NCBI RefSeq assembly: GCF_009914755.1
Contig: NC_060937.1
Source of the DNA: the human T2T-CHM13v2.0 reference genome, Homo sapiens
Direction: 5' to 3' (one strand)
Length of the DNA stretch: 64,000 nucleotides
A program made the position numbers and the translations under genes. Positions 52,737 through 64,000 of this stretch are shown here, in pieces. The notes beneath the pieces are model-generated. The model did no database searches, was not told the origin of the DNA, and saw nothing but the letters and a program-made list of their open reading frames with translations. The first letter of the stretch is position 1. Every line of letters starts with the position of its first letter.

Positions 52737-53381
52737 CGTTGAGTTACAGTTTTCAAGTACTTTTTAGTGATCATGGCCAAAAAAGCTGCAATGCTTTTGT
52801 CTTAAAGGTGATCGTTAACTTTTGACAAGATTTGCCCAAAAGGAAGATGAAGCTGGTAAAATGGAACTATCAGAAAAATTGATCATTCAATCAAGCGGTC
52901 ATGCAATCATGAGGTTTTGAGTAATTAATTGTCATGATGCCTTGTCAGAACTTGGGAAATTGTAATTTCATAGAATAACATTTTTAAGTTGCCAAGTGCC
53001 CTTATTTCTAACAGTGAAGATCCTTCAAAAAAGATCTTGACAATTATAACCCCAATTTATAATTATGAAATTATCCTCACTGTTGAAATAAAGGGGCTCA
53101 GACCAAAGTGGATGAAATGCCTCCTGAGGGTTCCTCTCATTACATTAAAGTAGATTTAAAGCACACATGAGTGCATGACCAAAGAAGGCCAATAAGAAAA
53201 ATAATATATGCCCCCTTTAAGATGATGCCATGTGGACTCACTTTAGAATAACTGATAATTGTAAATATATAATGAGTACATAAAATGTCTATTAAGCATA
53301 AATAAGATAAATAAGGATGAGTCATTAATATGCTTCAAATAAGAACATGGTATTAAAATATGCCAGAGAAAATGTAGGCAC

Positions 53382-53758
53382 TGTTAAATCAGGTTTAGCC
53401 TAAATCTACCTCCTTATGTATTTTAAGTTCAGCCTAAAGTTTTCTCTGTACATTATGAATTTAACCTAAATGTAATTGTAAACAAACTGTTTACTGAGAT
53501 TTGGCCAACCAAAGGTGGGTGCTGAAACTGTGTTCAAATAAGGAAAATGCCAAGCTGTAACCAGTCCAACTGTTTCTGCACCTCACTTCTGTTTTCTGTA
53601 TGTCACTTTCCTTTTTCTATTCATAAATTTTCTTCTACCACATGGCTGCACTGGACTATCTAAGCCTACTCTGGCTTGGGAGGCTGCCCAATTCTTGAAT
53701 CATTCTTTGCTCAATCAAATTCTTTTAAATTTAATTTGGCTGGAGTTTTCTTTTAACA
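53382..53758 (+). mobile_element. MER57-type solo LTR
   Basis: tgttaaatcaggtttagcctaaa ... ttcttttaaca; imperfect TSD gcac/gcat. Confidence 0.8.
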
Positions 53759-54935
53759 GCATATTCAGCCATTTTACTTTTCTACCTCCACCAAAATTGA
53801 TTCATGATTGGCCAATATATCAGACAGCTTAAATAAATCAAAAACAAAGATTAACAAAAAATAAGTAATGGTATAATTGGAGAGAGAGCGGGGAAGAAAG
53901 ACACAAAGAGAAAAAGAGGCAACTTTGGAAATATACTATTATTTATTTATGGCTAGAAAAAACAAATTACTTATTGTTCATACACAGGAGTCTTGAGAAT
54001 GATGACCCAACTTCCCAATGAGTTACAGAAACTTATACACCATTTTAAGGTTACAGAAAAAATGGAGGCTTAGATTCTGGTAAAATGGGATATGAGAGAA
54101 GGAGAAGAGGCCTGGCTTGGAAGGGTGGCCTTGTTATTTAGATGAAGCCTCCTTCAGGGAGAATAGATAGCAAATTCTATTTTCAGAATTTTAAAGGTGT
54201 CAGATTCTTAATCTCTTCTGGACCTGGGGAAAGGGGTAGAAAGGGAGGGGGCATGGCTGCATTAATGAAGATTTCTACAGAGGCAAATTTTTCTCACTTA
54301 AGACAGCTTTGCAAGGCCCGTTTTTTTCAGGATGGCCAAGTGGTCGTCATTTAAACATATGCTGTTTATATTAAGTATAAAGGTAGCTGCATTGGGCAGG
54401 ACTGGTAAATATTTCTGAAGAACTGATTTAGAAAATTTAACTTGATGTACAAATGTTTTATTTACTCTTTTGATTTTGAGAAATCACTTGGAATCACAAC
54501 ATATCAATGTCAAATGTTCACTACTTAGCTTAGAACCAGTTACTTAAACATTTCCCCTATTAAATGTGTGTGACCCTGAATTGGTCTTTTGAACAGTTTT
54601 TCAAATTCTTCATTAAGATTACTAGTAGCAAGATTATATTTTCAAGGTGATCTATCTGTTGTTAGGAATTATAAAAAGGTATTATTACTGAAGCAAATTA
54701 AGAAAATGTTTTATGATTTTTAACCTAGGTTGTATATGTGTAAATCTCTTAAAGCAAAGAGTGAAATCAAATGAAATCATTAATACTGTCACTTTACTTT
54801 CACAGCAGTTCTGCTGCATTTCTGTCTGTCAGGCAGCAAAAACACAGAATAATAAACCTTCATGAAAGAAACTAATGAATTCATTACTTAGTTACTCATT
54901 TACGTATGTGCCATTTTATTTTTTAAAATATTTTT

Positions 54936-55812
54936 TGTAAACCAAAATTAAAATTCTATGCTCCCCAACAGACTGAATGTATCCCTCATCTTGGCCAAGG
55001 GCATTCCAAAGCAAACCTGAAAAACTAGTTCTGGCCATGATGGGAAGGAGGGTCCGACACACCTCACTTCTCTCTTTGGAATTCAGGCACAACTGACCAG
55101 CATTCACATTAAAACAGAGATCTTAAGAGTAATAAAGCAGACTCTTTTAAACCATGAGGTACCAAATTCCAACCTGACTCAAGTATAGAAATGCATGTCA
55201 AATAGGAGGCACTGAAGGAAATTGAAATATTTTACCCCAAAATATATTTGATGTATTTTGAAAAGGCCCAAAACTGTCTCTTGTGAGCAAAGTCTACACT
55301 CTGTAGAAATCCTCTTCTCTTTCTAGGTCTTTTCCTGATCCAGGAGAAATTAACTATGGCATCTTTTTAGTTATGATCGGAGATGTTAACCATCTATTCT
55401 CTCTGTAGTCTGCTACCTAAGAGGCTTTTTCTGCATAATAAGAACCCTGGCCTCCACAATTCCTTATCTTAACCCAGGCACTATTTTCTATTGATTCCAG
55501 GCCTTTGGCTAATAACATAACTCTTCCAACAAATTGCCAATCAAAAAAAATCTTTGAATCCACCTGTGACCTGAAGCCCCCACTTTGAGTTGTCGTGCAT
55601 TTCTGGATTGAACCAATGTACACCTTACATGTATCTATTGATGTCTGCTTTTAACTTCTGTCCCCCTAAAATGTATAAAATCAAGGTATAACCCAATCAC
55701 AGTGGGCAAATGTCTCAGGACCTCTGGGGCTGTGTCACAGGTATTGGTCACTCATATTTGGCCCAGAATAAGCCTCTTTAAATATTTTACTGTTTAATGC
55801 TTTTTGTCAACA
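54936..55812 (+). mobile_element. MER4D-type solo LTR
   Basis: tgtaaaccaaaattaaaattcta ... aatattttac...tttttgtcaaca; tttt on both flanks. Confidence 0.8.
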
Positions 55813-56397
55813 TTTTTACCTCTTAAAAGTATTAATGAGCAAATTAAATATACTTGATTTGCTCTGGGTTATTCCTTTATTTCAGTTTTATTAACTGTAA
55901 ACATGAAGGATGAAAATTCATTATTTTCTCTCAATGACTTATGTAATCAAACATAAGTTTTACGTAAATTAACACACAGCACGTGTGCCTCTTAACAGAG
56001 CTATAAATTAAACTTTAATTAATAGATTTTTGTAACTCTCCTTGGCTCTATTTTAGTTGATGTTCAGTCATTAGATCAAATTAACTAAAGTCTTTATAGC
56101 CCTTAAATGTACTTAATGCATATTCACTTCCATTTTCTCTTTTGCTTCAAAGAGTTTAAGTAATATGGTTCCAAGGTCATGATGCTGTTAAGTTGCAAAT
56201 TTAGGAATATAGAACTATCTAATGTTAAGTTCCCACATTTTTTATTTACACTTTTTAAAAATCTCTCTATGATACCACAAATACACACAACATTTACAAT
56301 TAAAAGTTGATATTACTGCCGTTAATATTTTCTCAACCAGCCCAATCACAAAAGTACTTTCCAACTTTCTCTATGTTGCTTAGCTCCTCCCTGTTTC

Positions 56398-57109
56398 TGT
56401 TACAGGCAGCAAATCTGTACAGGTCTGCAGCAACCTCAGTTCCTGCCCTCTCAGAAGAAAGAATTTGACCACGGGGCATAAAGCACAGTAAGAGATTGAA
56501 GCAAGTTTTAGAGCTGGAGGGAAAGCTTTAAGAAAGTTTTAGAGCAAGAACGAAAGTAAAGTACACTTGGAAGAGGGACAAATAGGTGACTTTAAAGATC
56601 AAGGCATGGTTTGACCTTTTAACCTGGGATTTGATATGTTGGCATGTTTTTGGGGTTTTGTGTTACTTTTCTCCTGATTCTTCCCTTGGAGCTGGCTATC
56701 CATATGTGCAGTGGCCTGCCAGCTCTTGCGGGGAGAGGGGGGGTGCATGCGCAGTGCGTTTACTGAAGTTGTGCACACACTCACTTGAGGGGTTCCTCCC
56801 TTACCAGTTGAGAGTTCCTGGAGGAAGGCCATAAACCAGTTAAACCCTGATATTTTTGCCTCTTAGTGTGCATGCTCGAGCCCACTCACCCAATTCCTGG
56901 GATCTTATCGGGAAGCTGCTGATCACCAGTTTCAGGTTTTTTCTATTGGGAGACTGCCTTTCCCGGTGCCGGTGGCAGGACCAATTATTATTTTAGAGAA
57001 ACAGTGTAACGACTGCCTGACCATCACCTGATGGTAGCCTGACATTACTTATTGGGTCGAGGGAGCCCTCTCCTGCTCTGTTCATGTCTGACTAGCTGCC
57101 ACTTGTAAT
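56398..57109 (-). mobile_element. MER50 solo LTR (uninterrupted)
   Basis: Reverse complement is colinear with 9790-10700 and has a single tgcacacta (56864-56872). Confidence 0.85.
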
Positions 57110-58999
57110 TCTTCAAAGTTCATCTTCTCGCTTATATCTTCACTGCTCATGCTACCCATTTTCTTCTTAATTAGAAGATGGACAGCTCTGCTTATATAAC
57201 TCAAGTATATTAATTCTAACCCCATAGAATCTCATCTTCATCTCCAATATTTTCACTTTTTCTGTTGCATATAGATTCAGCTATCCCTAAAACAAAAACA
57301 AACAGACAACTGCTACTGTGTATACATTCTTGCAAATATCTCTTTATAATTAACATTAAGACCACTGTTATTACCTCTGTTTCACAGATATGGAATATAA
57401 GATTCAGGAAATTTTACTTACACAAAGACACAAAGAACTAGAAATTAAAACTTTTGAAATAAGCAGTGGATCTCCTGGACTGTCTAGTAGAATAAGGATA
57501 CCTAGGCCGCACTGTGTATTTAACTGAGTTTGGGAGCCAAGTAGTTTTAGAGAAATTCATCACGGCTTTATGATTTTCTACAGTAGTGAAAAGCAGCCTG
57601 GGTTTATGCTTGGGGGAAAAAAATGGGAGAACTGAGTTGCATTAGGATTTTACTAAGTGTGTAAATGAGAGATAGTAATAGGAGTTGTTGAAAACCTTTC
57701 CAAAGAGTTTTAGGAGTGATAACTTGAACCACAACAAAGGGGTGAAGGAGGGAAATAAAGACAAGTGGGAAAGAAATATAGGAATACAACAGAGTTCTAG
57801 AACACCATTGGATTTCTTGATAAGTTCAATTAATAGACATAGTAGAAGTACTTAACATACATTTTGGAACAAAATAAAGCTTTATTGAATGACTAACTTT
57901 AATATTTCAGAAATAGATTATTTTCTTCTTCTAATAAGGTCTAGTCTATTATTATAGGTTAGGGCCACTCATAAATTTTTAAGTTTAAGAAACATAAAGA
58001 TGAAAAGATTAAGGAACCAAGAGCCAAGATTTTACATAATTCTGAATTTGGATAAAATCAGAATTGTTGATTTATTCTGAGATCCTTATTCTACTGCTGT
58101 TAAAAATACTTCAAAATTAAGCAATAATTGATTATTTTCGCCCTTCATTTAATTAAGATTATTAGAGATACCATATGTCAACCTTTATTACTTTTATCTG
58201 ATAATTTATTTTAATCTTCGTTGGCATTTAGGATCTCTGACTTCTGGGTGAAAAATCAGGTAATGATTCTTACTTGGGAACAATGCCGAATAATAACATA
58301 TATAGCTGATTATCACAATATGGTTAGAGGTTCAAAAATGATATAAAAGGGAAGAGTTCTACATTGACAAGAAGATAGTCATAGCCAATAACATTCATCA
58401 AAAATTACCATCAATAGTCATTTCTAATACTTAGCACTTTCATACATGTACAAACAAGAAAGGCTGCCATTTGCTTCCCTTAAAGCTGGGATGTCACATC
58501 ATTCTACTCTTTATGCAGGCTAGTTGGTCATTTTAACCAGAGAATTTACTCTGCTTTTCATCCCAAGGTATGATGAAGAAAATGTAATTTTCCCTAGACT
58601 TCTTGTTTATTTTAATTAAAAAAAATTATGGTCATCTTAGCTCTCAATTTTTTCCCCTGCTTATTTGGGATGTCAGTTGATGCTACATACACAAAAGTAA
58701 ATTACAGAATCTTCCTGCTGTCAAACCCTTCCTGCTTTTGTCTTTACCTCAAAATTGGTTTAGTTACCTCTCGCTGGTTTAACAGAAAATGTTGGAGCAA
58801 CTTAGTACATTCTTGGATTTACAATATTTACATGATTTCATATGATCTTTAGTAACCAAATTCTAGTGCTGTAGATACAATGAAATTAATTTAAATCTGA
58901 TAAAATAGCCAATGTAAGAGATCTCATCATCCAAATCCAGCAGTCAGAACTTAATTCATTAGCAATAGGAATTCAAGAAACATGTCCAGTGGAGGATTT

Positions 59000-59440
59000 T
59001 GATATAAAGCTTGGCCACTATTTTTCATGCATCCCTATATACACATCTTTCTTATGGTGCCTTGCCATACTAACTACAGATTTAGCCTTCTGATTCTTTT
59101 TCCAGTAAGTAGACAGTAGCATATTGGATGTAAGCAGAAGCTTGAAAATTTGTGTTATGTCTCTGCTTACTTCCTTGGGCCCCTGTCAACATCATGATAA
59201 AAAGCCTAGGCAAACCTACTGACATATGAGAGACCATGGAGAACAAAGCAATGTCATTGGAGTTAAGGCCATTAGGCTCACTCAACTTACCAAATAGTTA
59301 GTTGCATATTCACAAACGGGCAGAGTCAGGATCAGCACACCCATTTGGCTATTGGTAGATTTGGGAGAAAATGTAAAAGCTCACTGTTTTTACTTTATAA
59401 GTTTGAGAATAGTTTGTTATACAGCAGTAGCTAACAACTA
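59000..59440 (+). mobile_element. MLT1-type LTR relic
   Basis: 3' end tttataagtttgagaatagtttgttatacagcagtagctaac typical of MLT1; boundaries approximate. Confidence 0.5.
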
Positions 59441-61724
59441 GAGAATGTTTATAATGAATAATATTTTAAGACACCCTTAAGGAACTATCATTCTTCCAGA
59501 TAATATATATCTTCTAAAGTGGAAAGTTGTTATAGTACTGAGGGGAAGATGGACCAAGGATGCATCTCTTAAGTTTGAAGATATAACAATGAAAGAAGGA
59601 TTTTGCTTTAACAGTTTATATTCTGCTCTAAATATCAATTATAGAATAATATTCAGGAATGTTCATTTCCTGATTGCATGATATCTAGCCAAAAGCCTAT
59701 AAGTTAACTTCTTTTAAATCATTCCAGCTACAAAAGACAGTGGCAAGTTTAAGGATAATGATCAAACCAAAAACTAAGGGGTCAACTACTGTACTCATTT
59801 CTAAATCTTTCAAGGTAATTTTCAAATTAGAATAGCAATGAAAGCTGTGAGCAGATCAAATCTTTGAAATAAGTTATATAAATTTTAGTTATAACATGTG
59901 ACAGACTAGAAGGTTTTAGAACCCCTCTAATCGGTTTCTAAAACCATATGGCTCAAAGACATAAGAATCATTGGAAATGTCTGTCTCAATAAAAATTCAG
60001 ATTTCAAAATAAGATATAAAATGAATATTCAGTGAGAGCACATAAAATGTATAAACCCATGTAATGGGAATTGTATATAGTAAGTAGATTCAGGAAATAG
60101 AAAGGTAAAATTTTATCTGAAAAAAAAGAAAGCCCACAGCAACATGCAGAGGAAATATGGGAGAGAATAGAATAAAAGTTTATCTATGTGATGGTAATGT
60201 AGTGTTCAGTCCTTGAAGAAATTTAGACACAGAGTCCTTGAACTTACTGCACTGCACACTAACACCTGCAGAACTTGAGTCTGATTTCATCTCTGCCACT
60301 TATCTTGAACAAATGGAGCATTTTATTTATCCCAATTTCCTTAGCATATAAAAACAGCAATGATTCATAGATGATTTGGGAGTACTAAATAGCAAAGCAT
60401 GTGGGTAGCATTTCATAATCAGACAGTAAAATTAATACTAAAACTGATTTTTAACTAATTACCTAGCATACACCTATCAACTTCATGGTCCACATAAGGC
60501 AATTCAAAATATTATTACAAATTATATACAAGAATATCTCACCTACCTCTAGACAACTCAAAATAGATAAAAAGGAAAGAAGAAAATGTTAAATGTTGAA
60601 ATACCCAGAATATACTAATATATAAATAACTATGTATAAATAACTGTGTTGATTTTACTGCACTTAAATTCAATATGAATTTTAATAGATAATAAATTAT
60701 AATGGAGGGGGTTATGATTTTGAAAATTGTAAGAGAAAGTAGCAAATAATTTGCTTTATATGTGTAATAGTGGATTTGCAAAGATAAATAAAAACTAACA
60801 CTTCTGAGTATGATATAATTTAAAAAAAGTCAAGTAAGCTTCTGTAAAACTATAGACTTCAGTAAAATAATTACTTACATGACATTCTGAATTTTATTTT
60901 AGGATAGATATAATTTTAATAAATCTTTTTGAATGTACATATTCCACAGGAAGAACATATTTTGCTTAAACCATTTTATTAAATTTGATGACACAAACTA
61001 CTATTAATAGAAAATAATTCAAAGAAACTAAGAAACTATGACGTAAAGTAAATTTAAAATCTTGTGAAGCACAAAATTAACAGAGTGTGTTATTGAACCT
61101 GTAGTTTTAATGTGAATATTAATCATTCAAATATGTGAAAATCACTGCTGTTCACAAGAAGCAAGTCATCAATATAGCCTACATCTATTAGAAACCGTCC
61201 TACCCCATCACCCAGAGTATAAATGGAAAACTCTTTTCTCATGCTCCTGCATATTTTTGCAATCACATCACGATTCCTGATTTATTATTTCAATTTGGAT
61301 TGTGTTCACCTGATGTCACTTTGATAGAAATCTTTTTGTTTTCTATTCTGTACCTCACTCGATATTTAGACCCTGGGTTCTAATACAAATTATAATTGAT
61401 GCTGGCAAAGTTCATAAAATGATTTTATAAAAATTTTTATTTTGAGATCACTTCAAACCTAAAGAAAACTTGCAAAGTTATCACAAAATTTACAACTTTC
61501 ACCCAGATTAGTTAACTGGTACATTTTTATGTTTTCTTAATTGTTTTGTCTCTCTCTACACTTAGCATGTACTTCGGAACTATGTAAATATTATTCTCCT
61601 CATTAATGTTTAATCCACAAATTTTAACACCCGTAAATAATGCTTGCATGAATCCATGATTACTATCACTGTTTCAAATGTGATTTTTAACTTTATTATT
61701 TCTAAGTGTTTTAATAGTTAATTG

Positions 61725-62035
61725 AGCCAGGCGTGGTGGCTCATGCCTGTAATCCCAGCATTTTGAGAGGCCGAGGCAGGCGGATCACCTGAGGTCGGGA
61801 GTTCGAGACCAGCCTAACCAACATGGAGAAATCTCATCTTTACTAAAAATACAAAATTAGCCAGGCGTGGTGGCACATACCTGTAATTCCAGCTACTCAG
61901 GAGGCTGAGGCAAGAGAATCGCTTGAACCCGGGAGGCGGAGGTTGTGGTGAGCCAGGATCCCACCATTGCACTACAGCCTGGGCAAAAAGAGCAAAACAC
62001 CGTCTCAAAAAAAAAAAAAAAGAAAAAAGAAAAAA
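61725..62035 (+). mobile_element. AluSp-like, inside an old minus-strand L1M relic
   Basis: gaggtcgggagttcgagaccagcctaaccaacatggagaaa; TSD aatagtta(a/g)ttga. Confidence 0.93.
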
Positions 62036-63337
62036 ATAGTTAGTTGATATTCTTCTGTAACGGGGAGCTGACCTTTCTCTGTTATCTATGCATTTACGTA
62101 TCTATCTAGCTATCATATATCTATTATTTATTCTTATTTATTATCTGTATGGACTCATGGGTTTCCTTTTTATAGAGTGAGTTGTAATCCCAAACTGCCA
62201 CCTTTTTTTTAATGTTCGAGTTTTTCTAGATTTGGCTAGGTAGGGACCCCTTCAATACAGCTCATGTGTTAATTTACATGACCCCATAATACTTTGAACA
62301 CTCCCTTACTTTCTAGCACAACAGGATGTCGCAGTTGCAGCTTGTGCTTCTGTTGCCTGTAATCTCTGCCTGAGATCAGCTGTCCTTCTCTGAGGTACCT
62401 TCATCATTTTTATTAGGGAATGGTATTTAAAATCAAAATCAGGGTCTAGATATATTCATCGCTATTGATGCTACTGGAAGTCTTGTTTCAAAGCCCATTC
62501 AGCAAATAGAGTTCAAAATATACAGCACATGTATGTATGTTTGCATACATTACAAAGATGTATATTGATGTGTATGTGTGTGTGTTTTAAAATCATGAGT
62601 TTATACTGAAAATCCCATCTCTAATACAGCCCACAAGCTCTTTCCAGCCTTCCTGTATTTCATAGTTGTACCACTCTTCCCTAACATCATTCTGCAATGT
62701 ACAGAAAGCTTTTATGTAAATGCTACACTGATACCACTGTGAAAAACAATCCTACTAAGTCAAGTTCAAGATTATTATTTCTTTTATATCTTTAGATTTT
62801 AAGATATATGCTTTTCTCCTTGGGTTTTCATTCTGCATCAATTCATATTATAATATATGTACACACAAACATATATATATATATAATGTATATAATTGTT
62901 CTCTTTTTTAACAGTTTCATAGCACAACATCGTGTGAATATAACCTTTTTTCCAGCAATCTTCTATGTATTAGAGTTTAGTTGCTTCCAATCTTTTGCAA
63001 TTACAAAACAACACTGTAATGAGTCACCTGATATGGATATATTTTTGATTTCTTAGAGAAAGATCTTAAAAATAAATTCCTTCAAGGGGGATTTGAAGTT
63101 TTATTCCAGTTTATGTCAAATATTCTAAAGCATTATTTTGAATCATTATGAAAGCAAAATAATTGGACTTTCCACCTTACTGCACATATTCTTTAGTTTC
63201 AGCCCAGAGCCTATGACGAAATCTACAAACAGTTATGAAACAAGTAAAATCTAGAAATTGAACTAACTATAATTGTATAGAAAAATACAAACACATTTCT
63301 CAATATGTGGAGAAACAAAACAAAACACAAAGAACTT

Positions 63338-63750
63338 ATACTTCATGATTACACACACACACATATGGACTCTTTGTGATTACACACACATATGGACTCT
63401 TTGATCACACACACACATATACACCTGTAGGTAAGTGGGTATATGTGTATATATGCATACATACATATATGTGTGTATATGTGTATATATGCATGCATAC
63501 ATATGTGTGTGTATATAATATACATACATATATGTGTATATAATATACATACATATATGTGTATATATGCATACATACATATATGTGTATATATGCATAC
63601 ATACATATATGTGTATATATATGCATACATACATATATGTGTGTATATGCATACATATATGTGTATATATGCATACATACATATATGTGTATATATAATA
63701 TACACATATATGTGTGTGTAATCATAAAGTATGGACTCTTTGTCCATATG
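63338..63750. repeat. TA/TG/CA-rich minisatellite (~24-26 bp unit tgtgtatatatgcatacatacatata)
   Basis: Read directly; explains the YIH-rich ORFs. Confidence 0.92.
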
Positions 63751-64000
63751 TAAACATTAGCTTTATATATATATGTCTCTATATGCTATATAGCTCTCTC
63801 TATATATGCTATATTTAGATTAGCATATATGTCACACAAACAAGTAAATGCCATATATCCATATTTATGTATTTATGTACACTTATTTATGTATATATGG
63901 CATATATACACATATATGGCATATAAACAAGTAAAGCTAATCTCAGTGTTAAGACATCAGGACAGTTACTACTTTTGGAGGCTGATAGTGACAGAGGAAG

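Noticed and set aside
53960-54350. Possible minus-strand MER4-group LTR fragment
   Set aside because: It looks repeat-like, but I could not assign a family or ends.
59912-59945. Hairpin ggttttagaa...ttctaaaacc
   Set aside because: A 10-bp AT-rich stem with a 14-nt loop is plausible by chance in 64 kb.
63349-63753. Tyr/Ile/His-rich ORFs on both strands
   Set aside because: Translation of an alternating-dinucleotide minisatellite that lacks stop codons.

Overview
Primate (human-like), AT-rich genomic DNA dominated by interspersed repeats. I found no cellular protein-coding gene, RNA gene or CRISPR array; the long ORFs come from retroelements or simple repeats. The main feature is a 6.35-kb defective HERV-H provirus (3103-9450, + strand) with both LTR7s, a perfect tRNA-His PBS, a leader splice donor, decayed gag/pro/pol and an env remnant. 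It lies in a cluster of ERV1 LTRs (LTR8, MER50, a solo LTR7, LTR8A-like). The rest holds an ERVL pol relic, THE1/MST and MLT1 elements, a ~7-kb L1MA interrupted by MER52, two adjacent 5'-inverted L1PAs, MER4/MER57/MER50 LTRs, a Tigger element, L2/MIR relics and eight Alus. The most unusual signal is a recurring scar: 120-235 bp non-polyadenylated inserts flanked by 7-11 bp direct repeats. Two of them look copied from donors that lay about 2 kb upstream at the time (LTR8 fragment into MER50; unique DNA into a MIR). Several small fold-back insertions and one perfect 88-bp tandem duplication also occur. Repeat names are recalled from consensus sequences and identities are hand counts; both need RepeatMasker/Dfam and alignment confirmation.
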